This document shows, in pieces, positions 45,491 to 55,069 of a stretch of 64,000 nt of DNA. The stretch is taken from NCBI GenBank assembly GCA_020348925.1, contig CP070758.1:4649775-4713774 (forward strand). The letters are read 5' to 3'. The notes below the pieces were generated by a model, which had not been told where the DNA came from, did not search any database, and saw only the letters and a program-made list of their open reading frames with translations. The position numbers and the translations under genes are program-made. The first letter of the stretch is position 1. Each line of letters begins with the position of its first letter. This DNA is from Gemmatimonadota bacterium. GTDB taxonomy: Bacteria; JBHIER01; G020348925.

Positions 45491-45709
45491 TGTTCTTTCC
45501 CTTTTTAAAGATAACAATACTTTCTAATAATCGACCCTCCTTAAGAGCTCCAGGGATTCACATCTTGAAGAGTCTTGAAAAGGGTTGAACCTTTAATTTT
45601 AGATTTTCTCAACACCTTCACAAGATTTTCAATGAGTGTCAACCTTTTAAAAACCAACACGTAAATTTAGGAATCAGCCCTCTAAAACTCTGAAACTCCC
45701 ACTTGTCAT

Positions 45710-46525
45710 TCATCCTCCCGGCGCAGTCCGGGATACTCCGTCGATGAAAGATCTTATGACACTGAAGAGTTGTTTCGGATTCTCCGTGGCCATCGAATGT
45801 CCGGCGTCTTTGATATAGAAGATTGGCACACCTGCCGCCTGGAGAAGAGCCTCACCCGGATAGAGCCCTCTATTTTTCTCTCCGTAAATAAAACAGACAT
45901 TCCTGATTCGGGAAAGTCTCTCAACGAGTGGAGTCGACGATACTTCGACAGTATGACAGGCACTTGTATAGAGCGCTTCTGTCGACGCCGCGGCAAATGT
46001 ATTCACATATTCACGCATAGATGGGTCTTCGAGACCGGCGTCCCTGAATAGCACCTCGAGTTTCCGCCTTCCCTTCTCAACAAATTCCTCAAAAGTTCTC
46101 TCCGCAACCTGTCCTGAGATGAAACAGTCCTCCGGCGTGAGGTTGCCCTCCATATCAATCAGCGACAACACCCGAAACGGTTCCATTTCCGCCATGTTCA
46201 TAGCAATGAGTCCGCCCATTGAGTGGGCACAGAGGTGGAACGTCACGATCTCCAAACGGTCGAGGAGCTGGAGAATGACAGCGGCCTGGTCCTTCATACG
46301 GTATCCGAATTCTTCAGGTCCCCGGCTCTGTCCGAATCCCACGAGATCGGGAACGACCAGTGAAAATCCTTCGAGAGATGGTGAATCGAAGGCGTATCGA
46401 AAATGCTCCTTGGCAGACCCGAATCCATGTATAAAAACAACAGTAGCACCGTTACCTGACAGACGTCTCGTGCACGCGATGTCGAAGTCTCCTCGGACAT
46501 TGATAATTGTGTTTCCGATCTTCAT
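45710..46525 (-). CDS. Alpha/beta hydrolase
   Basis: VVFIHGFG, DLVGFGQS, AHSMGG, AGHSM. Confidence 0.9.
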   Translation of the reverse strand: MKIGNTIINVRGDFDIACTRRLSGNGATVVFIHGFGSAKEHFRYAFDSPSLEGFSLVVPDLVGFGQSRGPEEFGYRMKDQAAVILQLLDRLEIVTFHLCAHSMGGLIAMNMAEMEPFRVLSLIDMEGNLTPEDCFISGQVAERTFEEFVEKGRRKLEVLFRDAGLEDPSMREYVNTFAAASTEALYTSACHTVEVSSTPLVERLSRIRNVCFIYGEKNRGLYPGEALLQAAGVPIFYIKDAGHSMATENPKQLFSVIRSFIDGVSRTAPGG

Positions 46526-46887
46526 ATTGATTACGAATTTTCCAGAGGTTTGGTACGATAATAACTAATTTCGACCGAATGGCTGATTCAGGCGCGATCG
46601 GATTATTATTCGAGCAGGTTCACTCAGAAAGCGATATGGAAACCACTTCTGAAACCTTCAGCGAAAAAGATCGGCCTCTCTTCTTGAGACATCTCCTTCC
46701 ATGACCCGTTCATTTCCGACCGGCAGAGTCTGAGATCGTCTCTACAATCGGATAATGTTGGATCGAAAACGCAGACAAAATGTTTCACTTTTCAGAAACT
46801 CGTCTGTAGAAGGAGTGCCCAGGTTTGGCAGTCGAGGAGTGAAGGTTTGTTATTTTTTCGGTAAGAGTTTTACACAGGGTTCGTCGT

Positions 46888-49263
46888 TCAGTTTTTTGCA
46901 GGATTCTGCGCCCTCATTTTCTCCAACATCTGCACCGCATTCGTATTATCAGGATTCAGCTCGAGTGATTTTTCATAATATTGCATTGAAAGATCATATT
47001 GCTTCATATGATAGTAGCACTCCGCCAGACTGTCCCAGGTGTTCCAATATCCGGGTACCACCATGGTGTTGAGTTTGAAGAGTTCCAAGGCGGACTCCAA
47101 TTGACCGGCTGCCAATAGTTCGTAACCTTCTGAGTTAATTTCGTTCATGAATTGACCGGCGCTCAATCCGAACCACCACAGCATATCCCCATCTTCCAAT
47201 CTCTTGAAATATTCGAATCCTGCCTCGGCGCCTAACTTCTCGACGACTTCCGTGACAAAGGGCAGATCTTCGAGTCGCAGATCGTCGACGAATGTCGCTT
47301 GTTTAACGGCTTGCTCGAGCAGGACAGCAACGTCTTCATCCAGTAAAAAACGCTGCTGGTTCAATTCCAAAAGAGACTCTGTCACTTTAAAGAGATAGTC
47401 CTCTTTGGTGGGGTAAAGCTCACTTATTGATTTTCTGGGATCATCGTTCTTTTCACGCTCATCCCTCGTTCGAGGGAAAGACAGCGTTCTCCCCCTATTA
47501 ATCCTTAACGTGTTGGAAAACGAAGGGGAACGCATGTGCCAACCCAGAAATGTCGCCAGCGGTACCGCGATTTCGGGCAGATGAATGCCCGCAAGCTCAT
47601 TGCCGTCGTCATTGACTTGGGGAACCAGACAGACATATCGAGGTCCAACCTTCGGGGGCACATAATCCGCGATACCTTCAGTCTGCCAGCGGGGTCCCAG
47701 ATCCAGACGGTATGGATTATAAAATGATTCCGGCGTTTGAAGCCCCGGTATATCAGGTAAAGTGCTCAGATAGGCTTCCAGGCTGACCAGAGTGCCATCG
47801 GATATTCGGGGTATCCGTGACTCGGGCGGTTCGATTCCATAACTGACCCAGTGGTCCAAAGCCGTCAAAAGGGCACGCCCGATAATACCGATACGAGCAT
47901 CGACATGAGTCCTTCCGGCAATAAAATACATCCGTACTTCCGGATCAATCTCCGCATCCTTCATGCCCTCAACATCGGTATGTAAAAGTGATGCCGCTCG
48001 GGTCCAGTAATCCGTTGTTGTATTGATAAAAAACATTTTGGGTAAAAATCCCGATTTACGGGCTCGTGCACATGCGTCACCTCGTTCTTCCGTATTCGGA
48101 TCGTACTGCTCGACCGTCGTAAAGGGAAAGGTATCCACCGGGTACAGATTGTTCTCATGATGACTCCCGTGACGGGTCGTCTGGGCGAAACGACTATTAA
48201 ACAGTCCCTTTCCGCTTCCCGGGCAATTCGCAATGAGACCGTCAAGCACGTTTCTCCTCTGTTCGTCGCCGTTGAAATCCTGAAAAATATAATGATATAG
48301 AAGACGACCCGACTGCGAATGCCCCCAGGCAAATGCATAATCAATGACATCGGCCAATGGATTGCGGAAGCCATATTCATCGGTTTTTTCATATTTGAAA
48401 AACGATACCACATCACGAATGGCAGCCAGACCAAGACCCGTCACCTTAGGATCCTTTCCCCTATAGACCAGATCGTATAACCAGCCTGGCTTGAAACCCT
48501 CTTTGATATATACATAACCGGGATCAGACACCACCAGACCGTTTTCAAAACGGGCGAAGGACCAGTGATCGTTCGGAACCTCAACCGGCTCTTCCCAACG
48601 GTACTGCTGCATCGTCAAGGTGGCATGTGCATTGTCCATGGACACGGGAACGTATGCGATGGAGTTATCCCTGACCAGCGGTAGGCTGTAGACCAGGTCA
48701 TCCGCGTAAGAGATGATTTCGGAATATATCTCACCTTCTATGGTTTTACCATTCTCCGTCACTACGGGTACTTGAATGTTCAATTTCCGGTCGTCTTCCT
48801 TCACATCGCAATTCCATCCGCACCAAAGATACGACCACCCTTCGCTGTACAGCCAATTCCTGCCCGCCATTTCGGTAAAATGCCCTATGCCCATTTTGTG
48901 TCCCCGGTTGTTAACAAAATAGATAAGCCTGCGATTTCCACGGCCGGCATCGACCGGTTTGTGCAGCTCGAACTCCGTGGAGAACTCAACATTGCCGCGC
49001 TCGTTGCGATCGGTCAGGTTCAAATCCACGATCAGCTGATTCGCCGAATTTTCCGGATCCACTTCAAGGTAGATCATTCCCTTAATCACCTCGTAGGGAC
49101 CGGAGCTGCCGTGATCAGGGGAGTCGGCTGCCACCTCCCGGCTGCTCACCTCCACGCGAACGACCTTCGCAGTAACCATCGCTGGTATAAACATCAGGCC
49201 AATAATTGTAGTTAGAAAAAACAGAGTCGAAATTTTGTAGTATAGAGAGGATAAGTATCTCAT
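46888..49263 (-). CDS. Secreted alpha/beta-hydrolase-domain (tannase-like) protein with C-terminal TPR
   Basis: Signal peptide; GLGLAAIRD, GHSQSG nucleophile elbow, DYWTRAASL. TPR segment WNTWDSLAECYY...YYEKSLELNPDN. Confidence 0.75.
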   Translation of the reverse strand: MRYLSSLYYKISTLFFLTTIIGLMFIPAMVTAKVVRVEVSSREVAADSPDHGSSGPYEVIKGMIYLEVDPENSANQLIVDLNLTDRNERGNVEFSTEFELHKPVDAGRGNRRLIYFVNNRGHKMGIGHFTEMAGRNWLYSEGWSYLWCGWNCDVKEDDRKLNIQVPVVTENGKTIEGEIYSEIISYADDLVYSLPLVRDNSIAYVPVSMDNAHATLTMQQYRWEEPVEVPNDHWSFARFENGLVVSDPGYVYIKEGFKPGWLYDLVYRGKDPKVTGLGLAAIRDVVSFFKYEKTDEYGFRNPLADVIDYAFAWGHSQSGRLLYHYIFQDFNGDEQRRNVLDGLIANCPGSGKGLFNSRFAQTTRHGSHHENNLYPVDTFPFTTVEQYDPNTEERGDACARARKSGFLPKMFFINTTTDYWTRAASLLHTDVEGMKDAEIDPEVRMYFIAGRTHVDARIGIIGRALLTALDHWVSYGIEPPESRIPRISDGTLVSLEAYLSTLPDIPGLQTPESFYNPYRLDLGPRWQTEGIADYVPPKVGPRYVCLVPQVNDDGNELAGIHLPEIAVPLATFLGWHMRSPSFSNTLRINRGRTLSFPRTRDEREKNDDPRKSISELYPTKEDYLFKVTESLLELNQQRFLLDEDVAVLLEQAVKQATFVDDLRLEDLPFVTEVVEKLGAEAGFEYFKRLEDGDMLWWFGLSAGQFMNEINSEGYELLAAGQLESALELFKLNTMVVPGYWNTWDSLAECYYHMKQYDLSMQYYEKSLELNPDNTNAVQMLEKMRAQNPAKN

Positions 49264-49761
49264 CGTGATTGATCCTTTCATCTCTCGATCATTTCAATAT
49301 TCATGAGTTCTTCTCTTGACAATACTTTCAGTTTCTAACGGATTCCCTGAAACGCTCTCTTCATCATTGGATTTTTAAACATTAGACATTTCCTCATATA
49401 AGTGTGTTTCATTGGTCTGTAAAATAAAACCAATAGAGATTGAGCAGGATATGTATCTTGTGTGAGATGGAAAGGGATATACATCCCTCAATGATTTTCG
49501 TCCAGCATACATATACTGGACAATCAAGTTTTCAATTAATGTGCTTCATTGAATAGTGAAATAAGGACACACTTTTTTCAATCTCGATGTAATGAATACT
49601 ATGAAATTGAACGGTAGATTGCAGATACATTTCAGATGTGTGGCATGTCGTTTACTTAGATAATAGGAGACTCCTTCAAGACAATGCTGTAAAATTTTTG
49701 TAGACTTTTTCTCCGGTTTTTACGTTTATATTAGTAAAAGTTATAATAAAAGGTCCTGTTT

Positions 49762-50322
49762 ATGAATGAAGATGTTCTCATCCTACTAGCCAAAGACGGC
49801 AGCGAATCAGCATTTCGTTCCCTGTACGAACGATTCCGCGAGCCCATCTACCTCCTTGCTTATCGCTACACCCGCAACCGTGAGGAAGCCGAGGATATTC
49901 TTCAGGAGACATTTATTAAAGCCTTCAGGCACATAGATTCTTTTCGCAATGAGCGGGACGGCAGGTTTCAGGCCTGGCTGCAGCGTATCTGCGTGAACAA
50001 TTCTATCAGCCATTTGAGGAAGACGAAACGGCGAAGAGACAATTCCCTCTCCCTGGCGGACATCCAGACAGAACCAACAGCCAAGAATTCATCGCCCGAG
50101 GAGAAGATGGAACATCAGCACGTCCTGATCCTTGTGGAGCAGGCTGTGAACCGTCTGTCGTCCAAGCAGAAGGTTATTTTTGACCTGCGTTACAACCAGC
50201 ACAAGACTATCCGCTCGATTGCCAATCTTCTTGGATCGAGTGAAAGTAACGTGAAGACACAGCTTTCCCGCTCCGTGAAAAAACTGAGGAAGTCCCTCAA
50301 ACCCTTATGGGAGGAAACATGA
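49762..50322 (+). CDS. ECF-family RNA polymerase sigma factor
   Basis: EAEDILQETFIKAF, FQAWLQRI and region-4 IANLLGSSESNVKTQLSR. Confidence 0.95.
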   Translation: MNEDVLILLAKDGSESAFRSLYERFREPIYLLAYRYTRNREEAEDILQETFIKAFRHIDSFRNERDGRFQAWLQRICVNNSISHLRKTKRRRDNSLSLADIQTEPTAKNSSPEEKMEHQHVLILVEQAVNRLSSKQKVIFDLRYNQHKTIRSIANLLGSSESNVKTQLSRSVKKLRKSLKPLWEET

Positions 50323-51032
50323 ACTGCGGAGAATTTAAAGAGCTGCTCATAATCCGCCTCTGCGGTCGCCTCACGAAAGTACAGAAAAACTTCCTGGAGG
50401 AACATGCGGTGTCTTGTCCTGCCTGTGCCCGGCTGGTGGATAGAGTCAAATCAATGCCTGTCAATGAACCTGCCGGGGAAGTCCCAAGACCCGACTGGGA
50501 GGTCTCGTGGCACATCATTCGTGATCGCTCGCTGAAACGCAAAGGGCGCCTGCCGTTGTTCCTTACGTCAAGACGGTTTGCCCTAATTGCGGCCGCCGTG
50601 ATCGTCGCGTTCGTCCTCGGAATAGTTGCTGAACGATCGGTCTTTTTTCCCACGACGGCTCCACTTCCACTGAAAGCGGAGCAACCACACGAGAGCGTTG
50701 CGTCCATCGCCGCTTACACCGAGACCATCGAACCACTATTGATCGATTTCATGAACCGCGGTGCCCAACCAACTCCTGGCGAGATAACGGAACTTACCAA
50801 CCGCGTCATTGCCGATATGCTTTCGCAAACGCGACTCCTGAAATTCGCGGCAGCGCGATACGGAGACGGAAATCTGTACCAGCTTCTGGACGATGTCGAG
50901 CTGGTACTCATCTCGATCTCGAATCTGGGCGGCCAGAACGGCAACATCACCGCCCAACTGAACCACTTCATTCGTAACAAATCGCTACTATTCCGGCTCA
51001 GACAGTTGCCGAGAGAAAACGAACCAATTTAA
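50319..51032 (+). CDS. Zinc-binding (ZAS/zf-HC2-like) transmembrane anti-sigma factor
   Basis: ATGA overlap with the sigma gene; MNC...HAVSCPAC (HxxxCxxC); one TM helix. Confidence 0.85.
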   Translation: MNCGEFKELLIIRLCGRLTKVQKNFLEEHAVSCPACARLVDRVKSMPVNEPAGEVPRPDWEVSWHIIRDRSLKRKGRLPLFLTSRRFALIAAAVIVAFVLGIVAERSVFFPTTAPLPLKAEQPHESVASIAAYTETIEPLLIDFMNRGAQPTPGEITELTNRVIADMLSQTRLLKFAAARYGDGNLYQLLDDVELVLISISNLGGQNGNITAQLNHFIRNKSLLFRLRQLPRENEPI

Positions 51033-51045
51033 ATGGAGGGCGAAA

Positions 51046-52536
51046 ATGAGAAGCATACTATTCCTAACGGTCGGACTCATCATACTACTCAACAGTGTAT
51101 CCTTCGCCGGATCTTATTACGGCGATACGGAAACAGAATTCTTTCTCAAGGCCAAAGAGTTCGCTTTCGAAAGAAAATGGGAACAGGCCCGGGCCAGACT
51201 TGAGGAATATTTGAACCGATACCCCTCAGGCCAGTTTGAGGCGGAAGCGTACTACTGGCTGGCTCGAAGCTTGAATCAACTCTCTGATGAAGTAAAACAG
51301 GCAGACGACATGGTCCGGTTGAAAGAACGTGCCATTGAGAATCTCAATAGTCTCTTCGAGCGCCATCCCGACAGCATTTGGCAGGACGACGCCAAGGTAC
51401 TCAGGATCAAAATTGCGTCTGCGCTCGCCCTGCTGGGACGGACGCAGTATAAGAAGTATATTGAAGAGGTCGTCTCGGATCAGGACGGGGGAGATCCGGA
51501 CTTGTTGATGGCCGCGCTCGAAGCACTGACCGATCTGGAACCTGAGGCGGCCCTGCCTTTGATTGAGGACGTTTTGAATACTCAGGACGATGCGGCGATC
51601 CGTAAACAAGCATTGTTTCTTCTCGGAGCGTATCACGGACAGGCGGGACTATCCATCCTGCATCGCGTGGAGACCTCAGATCCCGACGAATCCGTCCGAA
51701 AAGAGGCGGCCTTATGGCAGAAACAAATCGAAATGGAGTCGATTCCGGTTCAACTGAACTACTACGGCTACACCGCCCGTCTCAAGAAGGATCGCCATCT
51801 CATACAGGAGGGCACATTACACGTGTATGATTTTCCCGCTCTCCGTTCTCCCGGCAGTAAGAAGGTCGAAAAAGAGATTAAAAAACTCTTTAACGGGAAG
51901 CTTTCCGACGTCAAGTTCACCATGGGATTGATCGGCGGCATCGAATCCCAGCGGATCTTGCGCTCACAGGGATTATCTCTGCACGTCACGCACAACCTTC
52001 GGGGATTCAAGGTAGAGATTCCCGAAGATGCTATCAAGAAGGATTACTTCCGAGTTCAAGGAACGGTGAGTTTCTTCGACACGTATCGAAATAAGGAGCA
52101 CTTGAAGGATTTCGCCGTAAACGAGGACCACGGTCAGCTGATGGCAATGCGGTATGGCGAAGACGTTGCCATCCTGGTGCTGCAGTTCGAATCACTCGAG
52201 GAACCTCTGGACGTCTCGGAGGAGCCTGTTTATCACACGAAGTTCACGAACGTATTTGGAGCCCTCGTCCATTCGTCCCGGCAATCCTGGAACCCGGAGG
52301 AGATGCTTGGAGCGGTGCAGGGATCGGTCGTTGAATACGGTCGCGCCAAAGCCGAGATTCCGGGGAAGGAGGGCAAGTGGATCCTCATAGGTGACATTCA
52401 GCTTCATAGTAAGGAGCACCTCTTCATCGGTCGCGGTGCCGTTCTGTATGACCCAAAGCAGAACGTTGTGGCGGAAGCGTCCGAAATCATCGTACCCTCC
52501 GATGCACCGGAAAAGTACGAGATCAAAAATAAATGA
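51046..52536 (+). CDS. Exported TPR/HEAT-repeat protein
   Basis: Signal peptide; YPSGQFEAEAYYWLA (TPR-like); IRKQALFLLG and DPDESVRKEA (HEAT-like). Confidence 0.7.
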   Translation: MRSILFLTVGLIILLNSVSFAGSYYGDTETEFFLKAKEFAFERKWEQARARLEEYLNRYPSGQFEAEAYYWLARSLNQLSDEVKQADDMVRLKERAIENLNSLFERHPDSIWQDDAKVLRIKIASALALLGRTQYKKYIEEVVSDQDGGDPDLLMAALEALTDLEPEAALPLIEDVLNTQDDAAIRKQALFLLGAYHGQAGLSILHRVETSDPDESVRKEAALWQKQIEMESIPVQLNYYGYTARLKKDRHLIQEGTLHVYDFPALRSPGSKKVEKEIKKLFNGKLSDVKFTMGLIGGIESQRILRSQGLSLHVTHNLRGFKVEIPEDAIKKDYFRVQGTVSFFDTYRNKEHLKDFAVNEDHGQLMAMRYGEDVAILVLQFESLEEPLDVSEEPVYHTKFTNVFGALVHSSRQSWNPEEMLGAVQGSVVEYGRAKAEIPGKEGKWILIGDIQLHSKEHLFIGRGAVLYDPKQNVVAEASEIIVPSDAPEKYEIKNK

Positions 52537-52683
52537 ACACCGACCCGATCATCCTCTATGTATCCAATGCGGGGGATGGAAAGGAGTATACGTTTTTCAA
52601 ACTTGATCTTTTTTAATTCATGTCAAGATTAAAGAAAAAAATGTGGCTTACGACTGAGGACAAGCTCGAAGCATTCGGATCTT

Positions 52684-54141
52684 TCATCTCCTTCTCTGCA
52701 GCGAATACCCCGGCATAATGATTCCGGACACCTCTCTATCGTCATTTTCTTCGAACCTGATCAGCTCGCCCTCCTGCCACTGATCGAGCATTTTAAACGT
52801 GTTCCCCGAAACATATTTGAGCCTGACCCGATCCCCCCACGGATCATCACTTGCGGGATCGACAAGGGACAATTCGTTGTTGAGCAGCATGACATGCATG
52901 ACGGAACCATCGCTCCATTCGTAGGCTCCAACAAATCTCATCCAGGACGGATCGGCTTGAGCCGGTTTTTCTTCGGTTTCAGTAGCCTTCCTGACAACCG
53001 GAGCAATAAGTGTCCAGGCTTGTGCTGTAATCTCTCCCGGCTTACCGTCATCACCATTTGTCAAGACAACAACACCGAATTTATCGGCAGGTGCAGCGGA
53101 AATCGCTGATTTAAATCCGGGCACAGAGCCCCCGTGTTGAATTCGTACCTGATCACTGACACGAGCCACACCCCATCCCAGACCGCGACCGCCATTCCAG
53201 TCATCATAAAGCCAGTGGGGGCGGTGCATCTCTTTCAGCGTGGATCCTTTCAGGATCTGGGCACCACCGGCGGCACCATCTCGAAACTGCAGCGATAAGA
53301 ATTTAGCCAGATCCTCAACGGTAGAAGCCATATTTCCCGATGCGACCGCGGCCTTTTTGTCAAAGAAAGGTGCAATTTCTCTCGATCGTCCCGGTCTCCG
53401 TGAATAATATCCCGTTGCTAAATGAGACATTTCAGAAGACGGGGTGACCGATGTCGAGGTCATCCCCAGCGGGTTCAGAATATGGTTTGTCACGTACTTA
53501 GCGTACGATTGGCCAGAGACAGCCTCAACGACAAAACCTAAAACATTGAAAGCGACGTTTGAATACTTGAATTTCGACTCACGCGGAAGGATCGTCGAAG
53601 ACTCCTGGAACATCTTGATCAACGTTTCTCGATCCGGGAACTCCATGTCATCCCAATAGAGCGCCTCGAACTCGCGGGGCAGGCCGGATGAATGTGTCAG
53701 AAGATGGCGAATGGTGATGATCGGGCTGTCGCTGTACTCATCATTCAGATGAAACCAATCAAGATGTTTTGCCACCGGATCATCCAATTGCAATTTTCCC
53801 GCATCGCGAAGATGAAGTATGGCCGTTGCGGTGAAAAGTTTCGTCAGCGACGCAATCCGGTATGCGGTCGATGGCGTAGCAGGTGTTTTTCTTTCAAGAT
53901 TGGCATAGCCGTACCCTTTCGCCCAGATAAGGTCCTGATCGTAAACAATGCCGACAGACACGCCGGGCAGTTCTTCCTGATACAGCCGGTGCTGAACCCA
54001 GGCATCGAACACATCGATCGCTGCTTGCACCTCGGGATTATCCAGGACTGATTCCGACTCAGACCAAACAGTCCACAAACCTGAAACGGCAAAGAAAATG
54101 GTCACTACAACTATCGTACTTTGTAACTTTCTACATCGCAT
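52684..54141 (-). CDS. Secreted serine hydrolase, beta-lactamase class C/peptidase S12 family
   Basis: ASLTK (SxxK), LLTHSSGL, YSN, HGG. Confidence 0.93.
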   Translation of the reverse strand: MRCRKLQSTIVVVTIFFAVSGLWTVWSESESVLDNPEVQAAIDVFDAWVQHRLYQEELPGVSVGIVYDQDLIWAKGYGYANLERKTPATPSTAYRIASLTKLFTATAILHLRDAGKLQLDDPVAKHLDWFHLNDEYSDSPIITIRHLLTHSSGLPREFEALYWDDMEFPDRETLIKMFQESSTILPRESKFKYSNVAFNVLGFVVEAVSGQSYAKYVTNHILNPLGMTSTSVTPSSEMSHLATGYYSRRPGRSREIAPFFDKKAAVASGNMASTVEDLAKFLSLQFRDGAAGGAQILKGSTLKEMHRPHWLYDDWNGGRGLGWGVARVSDQVRIQHGGSVPGFKSAISAAPADKFGVVVLTNGDDGKPGEITAQAWTLIAPVVRKATETEEKPAQADPSWMRFVGAYEWSDGSVMHVMLLNNELSLVDPASDDPWGDRVRLKYVSGNTFKMLDQWQEGELIRFEENDDREVSGIIMPGYSLQRRR

Positions 54142-54396
54142 TTTTGGCTCCTTTGTCTTTTATCCCTGATCGCCCGATATATGTATGCCGGGCAAAAAGT
54201 GGTACAGGGATATATATCTCTACTCCGTTCTTTTTTAGGAGCTTCCAAGGGAAATTCCTCTGCAAGTAAGTTAAGCGAATATTAACACCTACATCCCTGT
54301 TTATAATAAAAGCTCATCAAACTTCCCATGCCTTGAAAGAAAAAGACTGGCAGAAAGTGTCTTTTTGTTTCCTGATATGAGTACGCGTTATGTCTC

Positions 54397-54681
54397 TTAT
54401 CCATGGATTACCTCAGCCAGTGCATCTTTGATGATCGAAGCACTGACGCCCCGCCGTTTGAGACTGGACACCAAATCTGTAACAGCATCATTGTCCAATC
54501 TTTCCAAATCCCTTCTCAGGCATTGTCCAACGTAAGCCCGTATCAAAGGTTGATATCCTGAAATTCCCAGCAGAGGTGCTACCCTTTTCAGGTCTTCAAT
54601 GACATCAACAGGCATGCGAAGTGTAACCGACATCATGGGACGTTTTTGGTCCAACCGTTTTTTTAATTTCTCAATCTTCAT
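54397..54681 (-). CDS. Putative BrnA-like ribbon-helix-helix antitoxin
   Basis: SVTLRMPVDVIEDLKRVA...GYQPLIRAY. Overlaps the 3' end of a BrnT-like remnant. Confidence 0.7.
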   Translation of the reverse strand: MKIEKLKKRLDQKRPMMSVTLRMPVDVIEDLKRVAPLLGISGYQPLIRAYVGQCLRRDLERLDNDAVTDLVSSLKRRGVSASIIKDALAEVIHG

Positions 54682-54734
54682 ACAATTTCCTTTCGAATCG
54701 AGTCGCCTTGCGAGCTGATATGATTCTGATCCAT
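54671..54734 (-). pseudogene. Internally deleted BrnT-family toxin remnant
   Basis: ATGG is joined out of frame to IRIISARKATRFERKLYED*, the typical BrnT C-terminus; only 64 nt remain. Confidence 0.75.
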
Positions 54735-54742
54735 TGGGATTT

Positions 54743-54774
54743 AAGATAGTAGGATGTATTGACAATGTCAATAC
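54743..54774 (-). promoter_or_regulatory. sigma70 promoter with an overlapping palindromic operator (TA autoregulation)
   Basis: TTGACA-17 nt-TATCTT; perfect palindrome GTATTGACA-a-TGTCAATAC at 54756-54774. Confidence 0.75.
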
Positions 54775-54810
54775 GTTTTTAAAAGAGATGCTTTCCATTG
54801 CACGTCTCAT

Positions 54811-55012
54811 TCGGGGACACCATACTCATTTTCAAACCATCTTGCACTTTATCTCTCCCCTTGAGGGGAGACAAAGAGGGGTGTTCTCCACTGGATTCGA
54901 AAGCACATTTAAAACTCATTGTTAATACCTCAAAATCAACTCAAATTCCTATTCACATAAAAATTGGATCGAAGACTACTCAAAGGCAAATAAACAGGTA
55001 TGGTGTCCCCGA
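54811..55012. repeat. ~200-bp element bounded by perfect 15-bp inverted repeats (MITE/REPIN-like)
   Basis: TCGGGGACACCATAC (54811-54825) and GTATGGTGTCCCCGA (54998-55012); internal hairpin TCTCCCCT-tg-AGGGGAGA at 54854-54871. Confidence 0.7.
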
Positions 55013-55069
55013 GTTTGCAAACCAACATTCTAAATAAGTAAATAAAAATTTGACCCCGAGCGCATGTCC

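Noticed and set aside
54682-54810. 43-aa N-terminal extension of the antitoxin in the ORF track
   Set aside because: It runs across the promoter, operator and toxin remnant; the true start is 54681.
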